Below, in pieces: positions 12,619 to 26,784 of a DNA stretch of 64,000 nucleotides (its first letter is position 1; each line of letters starts with the position of its first letter). The position numbers and the translations under genes are program-made. The notes beneath the pieces are model-generated. The model was not told the DNA's origin and ran no database searches. It was given only the letters and a program-made list of their open reading frames with translations. Source of the DNA: Eledone cirrhosa (lineage: Eukaryota); the NCBI GenBank assembly GCA_964016885.1, contig OZ024750.1, forward strand, positions 9,114,001 through 9,178,000. Reading direction: 5' to 3'.

Positions 12619-14179
12619 GTAAGTTGGTTTTATTCAGTAATTTCTATAGACTTCTATTGATTTATATTTTATGTAAACCAGACTTTGTTAAAATATATGA
12701 AAGTCTGTTACTATTGACTAAAATTTGCATGAAACTAATTACTTCACTATTGACCTCACTGTTGCAATATGAACTTAAATTATCCTTAAGTATTATGATG
12801 TAGACTGTTGGACATGTTTATGGTGGTGCTTAGACAGGGCCTGGACCAATACTGGCCGAAACCAATCAAAGTTATCTGTTTCTGATAGTTTCATTAAGTT
12901 TTCTGTTTATACTATAGTTAACCTTGCAGTATATTAGAGTTGCAAACTTGATAATCCTTTCTGAATTAAGTTAAACATGTTTAAGGATAATGATATAAAC
13001 TATTGTACCCATAAAATATACTTCAAATGGCAAACAATACTTAATACAATAGGATAAATGAATCATTCTAACTCATAAGAGATTCAATAGATATTTAGAA
13101 GTGTTATTTTTAAACAGGAAACGGCATAGATTTTAAACAATGCTACTATGTACTATTCTGGTTAACTGTTACTGGAGCATTAGAAAACAAAATTACTATG
13201 ACCGATATAAATAGGGTTAGCACAAGAAAACTGACCAAGTGGTAAATTGAAGTGGTGAATTTGCTTAAACATTTCACCCTCTATCTAGATGCAAAGATTC
13301 CTTATCCCTGTCCAAGTATGTTTTAAATTAGCCTGAAATTTACATATGCATTTGTACCATATATAATAAAACTAAGGACCATCCATCTTATATTACTGCC
13401 AAGAAATAAACAAAATTAGTCCAACTATACATCTATAACTTAGTCAAGACTGTTTTCCAAAGACTAGGCATATTCTTCATGTTCAAAAATACTTAGTCTA
13501 AGTAGTTGCTGAGCTTCTGCCAGGCACTCACACACACACAACAGCACTGCTTACCTCACTTGGACCATATTGCTGCTACTCACATGAACATTCTAGATTG
13601 TGTTCAATTATTGTTAATCTAACAAATTGGCAAGCTTTTACTCACCAATATGCTGCAATCACTGACATACACTGTACCTCTACTCTCCACTACACCTATT
13701 CTGAATCAACGTTGTACCAAGTATTGAAATAGTTCTGAGCTAGCAGTTTCTACGATGATACTCTAATCTCCTTGTTTGTTTGAATCTGTAAGCTAAACAT
13801 ACAAATCCATTATATGGATATTATCAGCCTGAGAGGGTTCACATTTACTCTGTACACTGTGTCTCTTTCTCTTACTAAATAATTTATAAATATTTCTATT
13901 ATTTAATCTTTCCATTATCGTATTTCTAATGACTGACGCTGCCTATGATATGACAACTCTACCACCCTGTTACCCTTCTAATATTGCTGTGACTGAGAGG
14001 TATATATATATATATAAGTATATAACTTAAGAGAGTTATATATAAGGATGTGTGTGCGTTTGTGTGTGGAAGAAATTGTAGAGGAGCTATGATCGACCAT
14101 TATGAGTGTATGAAGCCATGTATGTACTGAGGCTGATCTAATCAACTCTTTCCTGACCCCCTCAAACTACTGGCCTTGT

Positions 14180-14400
14180 GTGGTGGATCATCTGTATTGG
14201 TAGAGTGTTGGGTAACATGCTCTTTGACATAGTTATGGCCTTTTATGTTCTGAGATCAAATCCCACTGAGGTTAGCTTTGCCTTTCATCCTTACGGGGGC
14301 TGATAAAATAAAACACCAGTAATGCACTGGGGTCGATTTATTCAATTTCACCCTCCCACCTAAACTTGTTGGCCTTGTGGTCTAAATTAGAAACCATTAT
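14180..14400 (+). mobile_element. SINE family 1, long form
   Basis: Central domain and ggccttgtg...agaaaccattat tail. Confidence 0.8.
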
Positions 14401-15037
14401 TTCATGAGAGAAGCTATTGTATTTCGTGGAGGGATATTGTAAAGAATCCAAATTATAATCACAAGAATGGCTTCTTGTACTTTTAGTATTGAATTGACTT
14501 GCAGTCGTCTGTAATTCAATATTTCAATGTTTTAAAAGCCATTATATATAAATATAGGCTTTGATGATATATATATATATGATGATGATATATATATATA
14601 TGATGATGATATATATATATATGATGATATATATATATATATATATATGTTTTGATGATATGTATATATACATCATCGTAATTGTCATTTTAACGTCTAG
14701 CAAGGGTTGGAAATGTGTGTGTAATGTCTTCAGCATGCCTGTTTTTCCATGATGCTTGCATATATATAAAAATACTTGTGTTATAGGGTGTTTCCTAATT
14801 GGTAGCTGGGCCTGTGATTGATATATATATATCTTTTAACCTGTTAGTTTTTTCGTTGCTTTGGTATTGTGTGGTTAGGTTTTGCCTACCGCAATGTTCA
14901 ATTTGTCAAGCTATTTAAACGTATGTTATTACTCTAAGGACCTACCCTTATTGAGTGCTTTGCTAACTCATTTCTATTGTAGGTCGACTTTGCTTGGCCA
15001 CAGCCAAAGCTTCGATTTTACTAAGCTTCCACTTGTG

Positions 15038-15103
<66 letters not shown>

Positions 15104-15561
15104 CATTAGTTGGAATCAGAACCATGTTGTATATTGCCTCTCAGTAGTGTTGTATTCCTAATATAGCTAGACTCTCTCTCCTGACTTGGGTAAACTAAAT
15201 GGTGGTGGTGTGGTGTGATGGCTGTGGATTATTTTGTTTCTTCTTGCGTGGTATTTGAATAATGGAATGTAAAAGCACAGGGGGTGGTGCAGGAGGCTTT
15301 TTTTTTTTTTTTTTTTTTTTTTTTCATTAGTCCAGTGTAGAGAGAGAGAAAGGTATTTGAACAAAACAGTTTAGTCTGACAAAACAAGAGATGTTGTCTC
15401 TGGTTCAGCCATAGAGGTATGTCACCTGTATTCAGGTGACAGTTACCAATTAGTTCTTGTCTAATTCCATGTCTTTCCTTCTCCTTCTCCCCATTTTTTT
15501 GTTTTCATCTCTTTCAAAGTTCTGTTTCCTATGTATAAAATATTCACAGGTAAACAGAAGA

Positions 15562-15745
15562 GATCATCATCATCGTTTAACGTCTATATTCCACGCTAGC
15601 ATGGGTTTAGACGGGAATTGTCACACTTGAGGCAAGATTGGTTTCCTTTGCTCGTGTAGGACTGTCTGGCAGGTTTTCTACGGCTGGATGCCCTTCCTAA
15701 CACCAACCATGTTTACAGTGTGGACTGGGAGGTTTTTACCGTGTT
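15562..15745 (-). mobile_element. Meta-domain SINE with RTE-like (GAT)n tail
   Basis: Reverse of tggttggtgttaggaagggcatccagccgtagaaa...ccgtctaaacccatgctagcgtgg...gacgttaaacgatgatgat. Confidence 0.75.
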
Positions 15746-16228
15746 ACAAGATAATGGTGTAAATATTTTTATTTACTCCGACCCTACATTTTAATTTGTA
15801 AACTATGAGGTTAGGAATTTTGCTTTGTGCAACCACATGGTTTGGGATCCATTGCTAATGTGTGGCACTTTGGGACATGTGTCTTCTACATATGTTCCAT
15901 TCTTGTTTCTAAGATTGGATGCCACCTCCTCCTAATGCCAACCATTTCATAGCTCTAGCATCACTCATTTATAGTCAGCCTATGAACTTTTCAGCCGACC
16001 CTCATGTGTACACACACACACATGGTACCAACACTGTTTATGGTGAAACATTCTCTCCTTTGAGATTGTCCAGGTGTTTTATAAAGGTGGGTTTGTACAT
16101 TTTAATTTACCTTTTAATTATTATGTATTTTCCACACTTTTCATAGACTTTGTTCTTCACTCTAGTGGTTTGCTATACCCTTGTAATTGAAAACATACCC
16201 CTTTTTGTGTTTTCTTCTCTATATACTG

Positions 16229-16267
<39 letters not shown>

Positions 16268-17049
16268 GGTTGGCTGAATAAGATACCCTCATAGAATAAC
16301 TAAATGAGGTCCACTTTTAATATAGTCCTTGGAAAGAAACAATGTAATTATTAATAAGAAGATTTGAAATTAATGCATGCTGTAGCATCACTCCTTCCTA
16401 GTCAGCATATGAAATTTTTGGCCAACCATCGTATGAGAGTAGGGAAACTGACAGCAGGTTTGTTGGAAAGCAAGATGTGATGAGACAGGAGAGTACTAAA
16501 GAATACAAATTAGTAATTTCTCGTAAAACTGTTACTTTCAGTTATTTAATAATTGCTTAACTGTAATTTCGAAAATAAATTATTAAAATTTAATTTTCAA
16601 CGTATAATTTTTTAATCAATTTTACAGTGTGTTTGTGTGTGTGTGTGGGGGGGGGGGGGCTGGGGCTGGGCATTAATGAAGAGGGATAGTTTTGGAAATT
16701 TTGTAGAAAAACCAATTTGTGAAATCTGTTAAGACATTTTTAGTGTTCATGCTTGATAATTGAAGAATCGCATCTAGATAATTTTCATCCAAGCATTTTT
16801 CTATTTTTAGTAGAAATTGATTCCAATTAAGGGTAAAATGGCTAATTATGCCCGTTACAGCAACATAGTAATTAGAATGTGATTGTTAGCTAATGTGCTT
16901 TAAGAAAATGAAACTATGGTGGTTTTGTTGTAATTCTAATTACAGATAGTAACTGGTCTTTGCAAACACTACTTCCTATCATTTAGTGTTGTTAATATAC
17001 TGCTTGGAATGATAACAGCCACTTAAAAGATGTAATGTTAAATCTTTAT

Positions 17050-17275
17050 CATCATCATCATCATCATCATCATTCTACGTCTGCTTTTCCCTGCTTGCAG
17101 TGGAATGATAGGGACTCCAGTCCCTATCATCTCATTTCTACAGCTGAGTAAACTGGAGCAATGTGAAATAAAGTGTCTTGCTCAAGGAAACAACACATCA
17201 CCTGGTCTGAGAATTGAACTCACAACCTTTTGATTGCAAGGCCAATGCTCTAACCACTAAGCCATGTGCCTCCAT
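17050..17275 (-). mobile_element. tRNA-derived CORE-type SINE (family 2)
   Basis: Minus strand ggaggcacatggcttagtggttagagc (A box), gagttcaattc (B box), CORE-like tccttgagcaagacacttta. Related copies at 34740-34815, 37105-37190 and 43560-43692. Confidence 0.75.
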
Positions 17276-18823
17276 GTTGTGGTAAATTGGTAATTTTTGT
17301 CAGTTCAGCAATGTTAGTTTAACAAGAACTGTTGCTGTTTAGTGTCTGATAAACAAACCTGACTAAGCAGAAATATGAACAAAAGCATTCCAGGTTTCAC
17401 CATCTTGTCTTTCATGGGGAAACATATTTTGAATTACTTTGTCTTTTTTCTGTTTGATAAGATGATAGAGATTTGAGGGATTTTTGATGTCTTTGTTGAG
17501 TGACCCCTCCCCCTATAGAGGTTTCTTTATAGCCTGGCTTGACTTTGTTGCTGTTATTACCTTCCTCTCCATCTTCTTTTCCATATACTTCCCATGTCTT
17601 AACACTCCACCCTGGTGGAGATGATGAGTACTAGTGCGGTAATAGCAGTGGATTGACTGAACCTGTAGAAAATCAGACAAAATGGTTTGCAGCATTTGTT
17701 CTGATACTTGACATTCTGAAGTTTAATCCCATTGAGGTCTACCTTACCTTTTATCCTTTTCTGGGTTTGATAAAATAAAGTAGTGTGTCAGTTCAGTTAA
17801 ACTAACCCTTTTCACCAAATTTATGTGTCCTATGTTAGGAGTCACTATTACATTATTTTATCAAACCTAATAAGAAACCCTCTATTTTCATTGAAATGCT
17901 TATTCAAATCAAGTAGAAGTCTCCTCTCGCTGACTGTGTCATATTGCAACTAAATACCAATTAGAAACTGTTGGTTTTATAGTTCCAAGTTGTTGTCTTT
18001 TTGTTTTCTTTCTATATATGTTGTGCTTTTTTTTTTTTAAAATATTTTTACACTATTTTGAACAAATTATCTTGCACACACATGCATGTAAATTAATTTA
18101 GCAGTTATGTTTTTTCGCATGTAATAAAGAAAAAAAATTCCTCCAAAGTTTCAAGCTGTCATATTTAAACATGATTTTTTTTTGTTTGGTGTAAGAAATA
18201 TTAATAAAAAAAAATACATGTGAATAGATTATTAGTTTAAATTATTTGACAACTGATTAAAAGTGGTTTAAATATAATGATTGTTGATTAATGAAGGTGT
18301 CTTTGTGGACCTTGTTGAAGTGTAATAACTAACTCGATCTGTCTGGATTAAAATATAACCTTTTTACAATGTTGAACGAGTGGTACACTCATTCAACATT
18401 GTAAAATAGTTGTGCCAATATTTCATGAAATTCTTTAAAAAAAATGACTACAGTTTAATATAAAAGAACCAAAATAGAAAGTAGCTGAGAGTTTTAAATT
18501 GTAATCAGTTATATTTTAAGTTTCTGTATAAAATCTATAAGTACGTTTAGAGAGACATGTTTTTAATTGAGCTACCAATTAATTACAAATCTTTGTACCC
18601 CCTCCCTTCTCTATTTCTTTCTCTCGATCTCCCACAGAAATATTACTATTACAATACTCACTACTTCATGTGTTTTCCCATGGCTTTTGGTGCCAAAGAC
18701 AAACTGAACCTGGCTGGTCTTACAGGTATAATTCTGCACAACCTAGACTAGTTCTCATCCACCTCACTATACTACCATCATACCCACTAGTCAATCCAGT
18801 AATTACATTACAATTCTGTGTGT

Positions 18824-19024
18824 TTAAACCTTTAGCATTTAAACTGGCTGTATCTGGCCAGAATTCTTTACCTATTTGAAACCGGCTGCAAGCAGTTAAG
18901 ATATCGTTCTTAAACTAAACAATAACATCATCAAAATCTCGTAGACTCAAGATTTTGTTAGATAAAGGATTTACTATGAATATGTAATAGTAAATATAGA
19001 ATAATGTAAATGCTAAAGGGTTAA
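18824..19024 (+). mobile_element. piggyBac-type MITE M1
   Basis: TTAA-(a)CCTTTAGCATTTA...TAAATGCTAAAGGG-TTAA. Confidence 0.85.
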
Positions 19025-19159
19025 CATTGCTGCTGTTGTATATATTCGGTTTAGAATAGATACACTGTATCCATGTCTTATGAGATGGTGATTATTAAGA
19101 AGAGTACCCTAGCATAAAACATTGCCTTGAAAAATAAAACCTTCTGATAGGTATGAAGC

Positions 19160-19465
19160 TTACGGGGTCAATAAAATAAAGTACCAGTAATACACTGGGG
19201 TTGATTTAATCAACTTTCCCTCCCCCAAAATTGTTGGCCTTGTGCCTAAAACAGAAACCAATATTAGATAAGCGATGGATTGGCAGTATCGGTAGAGGGT
19301 CTGACGCCATGCTTTGCAGCAAAGAGTTACGGCCCTTTATGGTCTCAGTTCAAATCCCACCGAGGTTAACTTTGCCTTTCATCCTTACGGGGTCAATAAA
19401 ATAAAGAACCAGTAATACACTGGGGTAATTGCTGGCCTTGTGCCTATAGTAGAAATCATTATTAG
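19160..19465 (+). mobile_element. Two tandem SINE family 1 copies (5'-truncated long form plus full short form)
   Basis: Central domain appears twice. attagat flanks the second copy. Confidence 0.8.
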
Positions 19466-19705
19466 ATGAGCCATTTATCTTACAAGAGTCAGTGAAATAA
19501 TTACCTGTTCCCTAAATTATTGGTTTTGTGCCCGTTTTAGAATTTTTTTGTTATTATTTATTATTATTTGTACATTGTTGTTTTGTTGCTGCTGATTTTT
19601 TTTTTTTTAAATTTCATTATGCATGCAATACATACACATACATATATCCACACCCATACATGTACATATAAAGACATACATATATGTACACACACACACA
19701 CATGC

Positions 19706-19756
<51 letters not shown>

Positions 19757-20744
19757 ATATATATATATGTGTGTGCTATTAAAAAATGACACAAAAATAA
19801 CAGCCTGCAACTTATTTACTGCACCTACAAAACATCCAGTCAAGATAAAGGGTACAATGTAAATTGGAGCTGTGGCTTATATATGAGTATATACAGTACA
19901 TACATACATATACATATATATATGTATATGTATGTATGTGTATATGTGTGTGTGTGTGTGTGTGATTTATTGGAATCTGAATGTTCACAAACCACTTTGT
20001 CAAGTTTTTCATTGCTGACCTTTGAACAATTATTGAAAAAATGAGGAAGAAAAAATTCAAATTCTTACACAAAATGTTTAATAAGATGGCATTCAATAAG
20101 TCAAGCACTAATTGACTTATAGAATGTAACAAAAAAAAAAAATTTTTTTTTAATCTTTCAAATAATTTATTTTTTTAAATTCTTTGTCATCCAGTCATTG
20201 TATACCAGTTTATTTAAAATTTATGAATACACTAACTCTTTGATTACCATATTTCTAATGAAATACTCTACCTATGATTCTTTTGAAAATAATCAAGACT
20301 TTAGGACGATTTAGTAATATTGCAGCCTGGCCCCCTTAGAGTGGGGAGTTTCTTCTCCGAAGACCTTCTGCTGTCCAGCTCTCCTGGAAGTTTCTTAGCA
20401 CTAACTAAATTTATCATTACATAAAAATATGGTGGAAAAGTTTTTAGATAAATATAAACACCTTAATGCAAATAGTTTTGTATCATAGAACCAGTGAGTA
20501 GTTTCAGGCAGTTTAGTATTAAAATCTTGTATTGATTCAGCAGAAAATATCTAAAAACAGGTTTCTTAATTTAAATATTTATAGTATCTTTAGTAGCGGA
20601 TAGATCATTGTGAAAATTTGTGGTGTGAGAGTAAAGATTTAAATTTTTAATATGATGCAGTCATGGTGCAGCTTTGTACTTTTCAAGAATGTTTTTGGTA
20701 ATGTGATTTCATACAGTACAGGATGTTAAAAGTTCTTTTTCTTT

Positions 20745-21010
20745 GCCCATTTATTCCTGAGAGGGTCGTGGGGGGCAGAGTCTTCAAACACTCCTTCCAG
20801 CGGTGCCCATCTCCATTTGATCCGGCTGTTGTGATCTCAATTTGGAGAAGCAGCAGTTCTACCTGGAGTGACTCTCTGAGCTTCAAGCTACACACTGTAT
20901 CGAGTAATGATACTCCAAAGATCCTATGGAAGAACCCCATTTTGGTTGCTTGTATTCACAAGCTTGGCTTGAAAATAAGCCCGCTTTCTTGCATTTGCGG
21001 TACAAACAGG
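20745..21010 (-). mobile_element. Expander/Rex3-like RTE LINE RT C-terminal fragment
   Basis: IQATKMGFFHRIFGVSLLDTVCSLKLRESLQVELLLLQIE resembles recalled IQAAEMGFLRRVAG.SLRDRVRS..IREELGVEPLLL.IE. Confidence 0.75.
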
Positions 21011-21174
21011 CACAAAGAATGTTACCCCCCCCCCCCCCACACACACACACACACACACTTTCAATGATTGTCCAAAGATTGGCAACAAGAAACTCAAAGT
21101 ATTGATTTGATTTGTAATTATTCAACTGCCAATAAATTATAAATCAATACACATTTTTACTATTTTATTTACTC

Positions 21175-21316
21175 ATGTATATTCAATTATTCATGTGTGT
21201 ATGTGTGTATATATACTTGTATATGTGTGTATATATATATATGCATATGTATATGCATGTGTGTGTGTATAATGTTTCTATATACATATATATATATATA
21301 TATGTGTGTGTGTGCA

Positions 21317-21347
<31 letters not shown>

Positions 21348-21354
21348 GTGTGCA

Positions 21355-21397
<43 letters not shown>

Positions 21398-21640
21398 ATA
21401 TATATATGTGTGTGCATATGTGTGTATATATATGTGTGCATATGTGTGTATATATATGTGTGCATATATGTATGTATGTATATATGTATGTATATATGTA
21501 TATATATGTATGTATATGTATGTATATATGTATATATATGTATGTATATATGTATATATATGTATGTATATATGTATATATATGTATGTATATATGTATA
21601 TATATGTATGTATATATGTATATATATGTATGTATGTATG

Positions 21641-21673
<33 letters not shown>

Positions 21674-21686
21674 ATATGTATGTATG

Positions 21687-21717
<31 letters not shown>

Positions 21718-21935
21718 ATATGTATGTATATATATATATGTATGTATGTATGTATATATGTATATGTATGTATATGTATGTATGTATATGTATGTATATA
21801 TGTATATATATATGTGTATATGTGTATGTATGTATGTATGTATGTATATATATATGTATATATATGTATGTATATGTATGTATATATGTATATATATGCA
21901 CACACAGATACATGTGTGTGTGTGTGTGTGTTGTG
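21175..21935. repeat. Compound (TA)n/(TATG)n/(TG)n microsatellite just upstream of a FAM219 exon
   Basis: Direct inspection. Explains the YI/CV-rich ORFs. Confidence 0.97.
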
Positions 21936-22053
21936 TATAGACATGGATAATGATACTCTGCAATGCATTGCACATACAATGAGAGCTGCAAACACACATG
22001 TACATAGTGTTGTTTCCAAATATCTGCTGTTGTAATGTGGTTTGTCTGTTCAG

Positions 22054-22134
22054 GTCGACTGTTTCCAAGAATGACAGCAGCGGTCCCTTTAACCAAGACC
22101 AGCAGCCTTTAGTTGCGATTATGTCTGATGACAG
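22054..22134 (+). CDS. FAM219A: FAM219-family coding exon ([28 protein letters not shown])
   Basis: ttcAG acceptor and GTGAGT donor. 81 nt, phase 2 to 2. [13 protein letters not shown] matches recalled DEKPLVALDTDS. Confidence 0.88.
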
Positions 22135-25100
22135 GTGAGTTATACTGCTGCTGCTGCTATTGCTGCTGCTGCTGCTGTTGGTGTTACTACTACTATTACT
22201 ACTACTATTACTACTACTACTACTACTACTATACTACTACTACTATTTTACTAATATTGCTGCTGCTATTGGTTAGATGTCAGCTCTCTCTCTCTCTCTC
22301 TCTGGTTGTGATCCTTGCTTTTCTCTATCTCTGTCTATCTCTTACTATGTTTACCTGTATACCTTGCTCTCTGTCTCTCTCTCTCTTCCCCTCTATCTCC
22401 CCCCCCCCTCTCTCTCTCTGTTTCTCCCTCAGTTCCCTCACTACTTTTCTTTCTATCTATCCCTCCCCCCATTTTCCCTCTATCTTTCTCCTTCTGTTCT
22501 TTCCTCCCTCCACTTTCATGTCCCCCTCTCTCATGTCCCCTAATCTCCCCTTCCCATCTTTTTCATTTAACTTTCTTTGGTTATATTTCATATCCTTCTC
22601 TTCATTCTCTCTCTCCCACATCATATATCTCTCCTCCTCTCCTAATCCCCCTCTCTCATATCCTTCTCTTTGTTCTCTCTCTCCCACATCATATATCTCT
22701 CCTCCTCTCCCTCTCTCATATCCTTCTCTTTGTTCTCTCTCTCCCACATATATCTCTCCTCCTCTCCTAATCCCCCTCATGTCCCTCTTCATAGTCTCTT
22801 CCCACATCATATATCCCTCTTCCTAACCCCCTATCTTATATTCCTCTCGAGTTTTCTCCTTTCCAGACCCCCCCCCTAATTTCTTGCTACCTCCATTCCA
22901 ATTTTCAAGTTCCCCTATTAATATATTCTTCCCTATCCCTACTTATATCACTATCAAACCTGCTTATAACTATTTCAGTTAAATTTAAAGATATTTTTAT
23001 AACTACAGACTTATCAAAGTACCCCCCCCCCCACACACACACACCCACACACCCACACACCCACACACCCCTCACCCACGCCCCACCCTTCGCCCCACTA
23101 CACACACTTCATTATTACCAGTGAATCATTATTGAAGCAACATACTGTGTTGTGAAGATAGTTCTGTTTAGCTTACACCTTGAAACTATCTCTTCTTCCC
23201 TCATCTCCTCCATATTCTAGCTACACCCCTTCACGCACAAAACAAGACATTTCAGTGCTCCCCTCCCCCACACTCTCTTAATGGATTTCATGTTTTTCTT
23301 TCATATATTTACTTCTCTCTGACATGAATTTCCTTGACCAATTTGATATGTTAGGATCAATATTTTGTCACATTGATTTCCAGTTCTATTTCTTTAGTTT
23401 ATCTATTGACAAGATGTTCCTAAAAGAATACCCTCATCTTCACCCTTACCAATATATTCTCTGTTTCAATGCTGTCTTAGATACAACCCGACTCACATCA
23501 TTCTTATAGTTTTCAATATCATCATCATCATCATCATCTATTCATTTTCTATTCTTGCCTGGGTTGTTATGGTTCAAAACTACATAGGCTAGAAAACCAT
23601 ATCCTCTTTTATATACATTTACATATTTTGGCATTGTTTTCTATGGTTGGATGTCCTCTCTAATGCCAACTAGTTTAAAGAACTCTACGACTTAAGTGGT
23701 TTTATTTTGGTTTTTTTTTTCAAAATTTAAATTTAAATTTAACTAGACTGTATTGTGCATAAATATTTATTTAAATATTCATGTTGCCAACTAATGCATA
23801 TTATACAAATTAGACTAACCATTTCAGTTCATGTTTAACAGAAATAGCAATAACTAAAAGTTCTTTTCGTAGACAAAAGGATAAGGGTGTTTGTTTTCTT
23901 ATGAAATTAGCTGCAATTTAGCTGTGAAACTTGTAGAAGCAAGCCCCCCCCCCCATTTGAAAAAAATATTTATTCTCCAAAAGGCACTGACCATGGCCCT
24001 TTACAGGGCCTCTGAGAGGGTTGGACAAAAGGAAGGGAAGTGTCTTCAAATTGGAGGTCTGGTCAGAATGTTTGTGAACTACTAAATTTACCAAAGGCAC
24101 TGAAAGGCTAGATGCTGGTGTTGTTAAACCAACTGATGGATTAAATCACCTCCTAAAAAGTAATAAAATAATAAAATGGGCAACTGCTAGTCTCCTACCC
24201 AGACTTGTCTCAGAGGGGAAACTTTCTAGGTACAAATCCCATTGTCATTCGTCATCGAAAGGGAGGGGTTCATCACCCTAACCCTTACAAATGAGAATTA
24301 CAGTAAAACAGTTTTGTTTTCTTCAAAATGAATTTTTCAAATTTCCAAACTGAAGTATTTCAGCTTCAGAAAGAAATAAGGAGAGCTGATTATTGATATT
24401 TGAACTTCAGTTGGAGAAATTCAATAAAGTATTGAATTTGTTATATTTGTTCAATTTCAAAATATAGTTTTATAGTTTGTTGCTTTGTTTTTGTTGTTTT
24501 TTTTTGTTTCAAGTTCAAATCCATTGTATTTTGATTTCTAAGAGAAAAATAAAACATATTTCATCTATTTAAAATGTCAAAACTAAAAGAGAACAGAAAA
24601 AAAATGAAACATTAAGCAAAATAAATTAAAAATAGAAAACTTGAGTTTAAATATTTATTTCTATATTGTGCACATTGTACTAACATATTTCTCTAGTTTT
24701 CCTGTCTTTTTTATACTGGGTTGGTTGAGGAAAGAAGGGATCAGTGGTGTGAGGAGGAAGAGTCATGGTAGTGGTAGTGGGACATGGAGAAAGTATAGGG
24801 GCTTATAAAGTTTATATATACATATAGATATATATTGGGTCGTCAAGTATGAAATTTGTAGAAATTTTTTTTCTACACTACAAATTTCATACTTGACGAC
24901 CCAATATTTATATAATATATATATCATCATCAACATCATAATCATCTTCAACATTGTTAACCTCATCATCATCATCATAACCCTTAGTCATTACATATTA
25001 GTTGTAATAGTTGACTAGTTCAACAGCCTTTATTCAGGTGTAACTGAACAACTAGTAGCAGTGTAGTTAACTAGTGAAACCCCAACACCTTTTATACTTT

Positions 25101-25463
25101 ATTTATATCAGTCTTAATGAGATTTAATTTTAGTTTATAATTGTAACATACCAAACCAGATATTAGTCCACATCTCTGCCCTAACTCTGATTTACTTTAT
25201 ATTTTTTTTTCTGTTTAGTTTATATATAACTTTACCTGTCTAGGCTGCTCCTGTCCCATATGTTAAGTATGTTACTTTTCCATCTCAGCATTTAAACAGT
25301 TTCAGAGCAGTGGTTTCTAACTGGGGTGTTGTGTCACCCTACTGTGTTATAGACAGAAGCTAGAGATGTTAGGTTCTTTTATTTATAGTTTATTCTGTGT
25401 TTGCACAATGAGGGTGCCATGTATAGAAATAAAGCATAAGGAAGTAGGGTAGGGGTATAATCT

Positions 25464-25673
25464 TTAACCCTTTAGCATTTACGTTACTCTATATTTACTA
25501 TTGTAGTTTCACAGTAAAGGCTTTACCTCTCATAATATCTAATCTATGAGATTTTGATATTTATTTGAGAACAATACCTTAACATCAGTTTGAGGGGCCG
25601 GTTATGGCTGGTTTGAACAAAGAGGTGAGAGAATTCTGGCCAGACACGTCCAGTTTAAATGCTAAAGGGTTAC
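25464..25673 (-). mobile_element. piggyBac-type MITE M1, reverse orientation
   Basis: TTAA-CCCTTTAGCATTTA...TAAATGCTAAAGGG-TTAC. Confidence 0.85.
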
Positions 25674-25907
25674 AGAAATATTGGAAACCACTTTATTAGA
25701 GGTTTATTTAAGAGACGATTTGATTACTCTTTGTTGTTCTCTTCTCAGTAACTATTTATGGTAAGGTTCCCTGGCTCATTGCTAAAAATGCAGATAAATA
25801 CTGGTGATACAAAAACAGGGGTTACTGTTCTTTCAGCTAGTTAGCTGTCACACCATTGATTAGACTAGATATGACCATTGCAATATATGTATGTGTATAT
25901 ATATATA

Positions 25908-26058
25908 CCAGGATAGAACCAGTTTAAAACTAGTTAGACTGTTGCTCACCAGAGTACTCGATACTTGGGGTAGTAGAGTATGGTTATATTATAAAGAGTC
26001 GGAACCCGATGGCTGAGCTCTTGCTGTTGCAACAGTTATGTCCTGACTCTTTATAATA
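25908..26058 (-). mobile_element. Hairpin-plus-tail element, subfamily B, partial arm
   Basis: ccagagtactcgatacttggggtagtagagt tail. tataaagagtc...gactctttata inverted ends. (TA)n on both sides. Confidence 0.7.
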
Positions 26059-26079
26059 TATATATGTAAGGTGGCCTTG

Positions 26080-26282
26080 TAGGAACCATGGTGAAAAGGC
26101 TCCCAGTCCACATTGTAAATGTGGTTGGTGTTAGGAAGGGCATCCAGCTGTAAAAAAACCCCTACCAGAGACACTTCCGTGCGAGCAAGACATGGTCTCC
26201 CGACCATTCCCGCATCAAATGGAACAAAACCGTCTAACCCATACTAGCATAGAAGATGGACGTTAAACGATAATAATGATTA
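26080..26282 (+). mobile_element. Meta-domain SINE with RTE-like tail
   Basis: tggttggtgttaggaagggcatccagctgtaaaa...ccgtctaacccatactagcat...ggacgttaaacgat. Confidence 0.75.
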
Positions 26283-26784
26283 TATATATATATGATAAAG
26301 GATTGGTGACATGTGGTACTGGAGAAGGCTTAACCATCAGCATAAAAAAATGTGACCTGACTCATCATGCCTACCCCACCATTGCTTCTTGGTAACTGTT
26401 CCTACCATCACTGTACATCCTCACCTACTTTGTTTAAATCCTAACACACCAGGCATAAATCTTAGTAGCTGTCTACATCATGACAATACCTCCTCCTGCT
26501 TTATCTGAGGCCCACATCACCCTTTCTTCACCCTCTCAGATTCTGCCATACTTCTCCTACACCCATGACATACTCTCATCTCTTCTCCACCCCACGTCAC
26601 CCCTCTTTAAATCCCACCACATCTGTCATACATTCATGACATTATACTTATCATCCCTCCCTTCATTTCTTGTCATCCCCGCGCGACATACTTGTCAACC
26701 TTACTCTATCATCTTCCCTCCACCCCCATAGGGTAATGAGGGTTCTTCAGTCAGGTCAATGACCAACAACTTCCCCCTGTGCTC

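Noticed and set aside
13180-13900. Possible decayed LINE coding remnant (similarly 31750-32070)
   Set aside because: Too degraded to assign motifs or boundaries without a search
17180-17275. tRNA genes
   Set aside because: A/B boxes belong to SINE heads and continue into SINE body sequence. No complete cloverleaf was found
21175-22826. 200-290 aa ORFs
   Set aside because: Microsatellite and CT-rich artefacts. The only real coding sequence here is the 81-nt exon at 22054-22134
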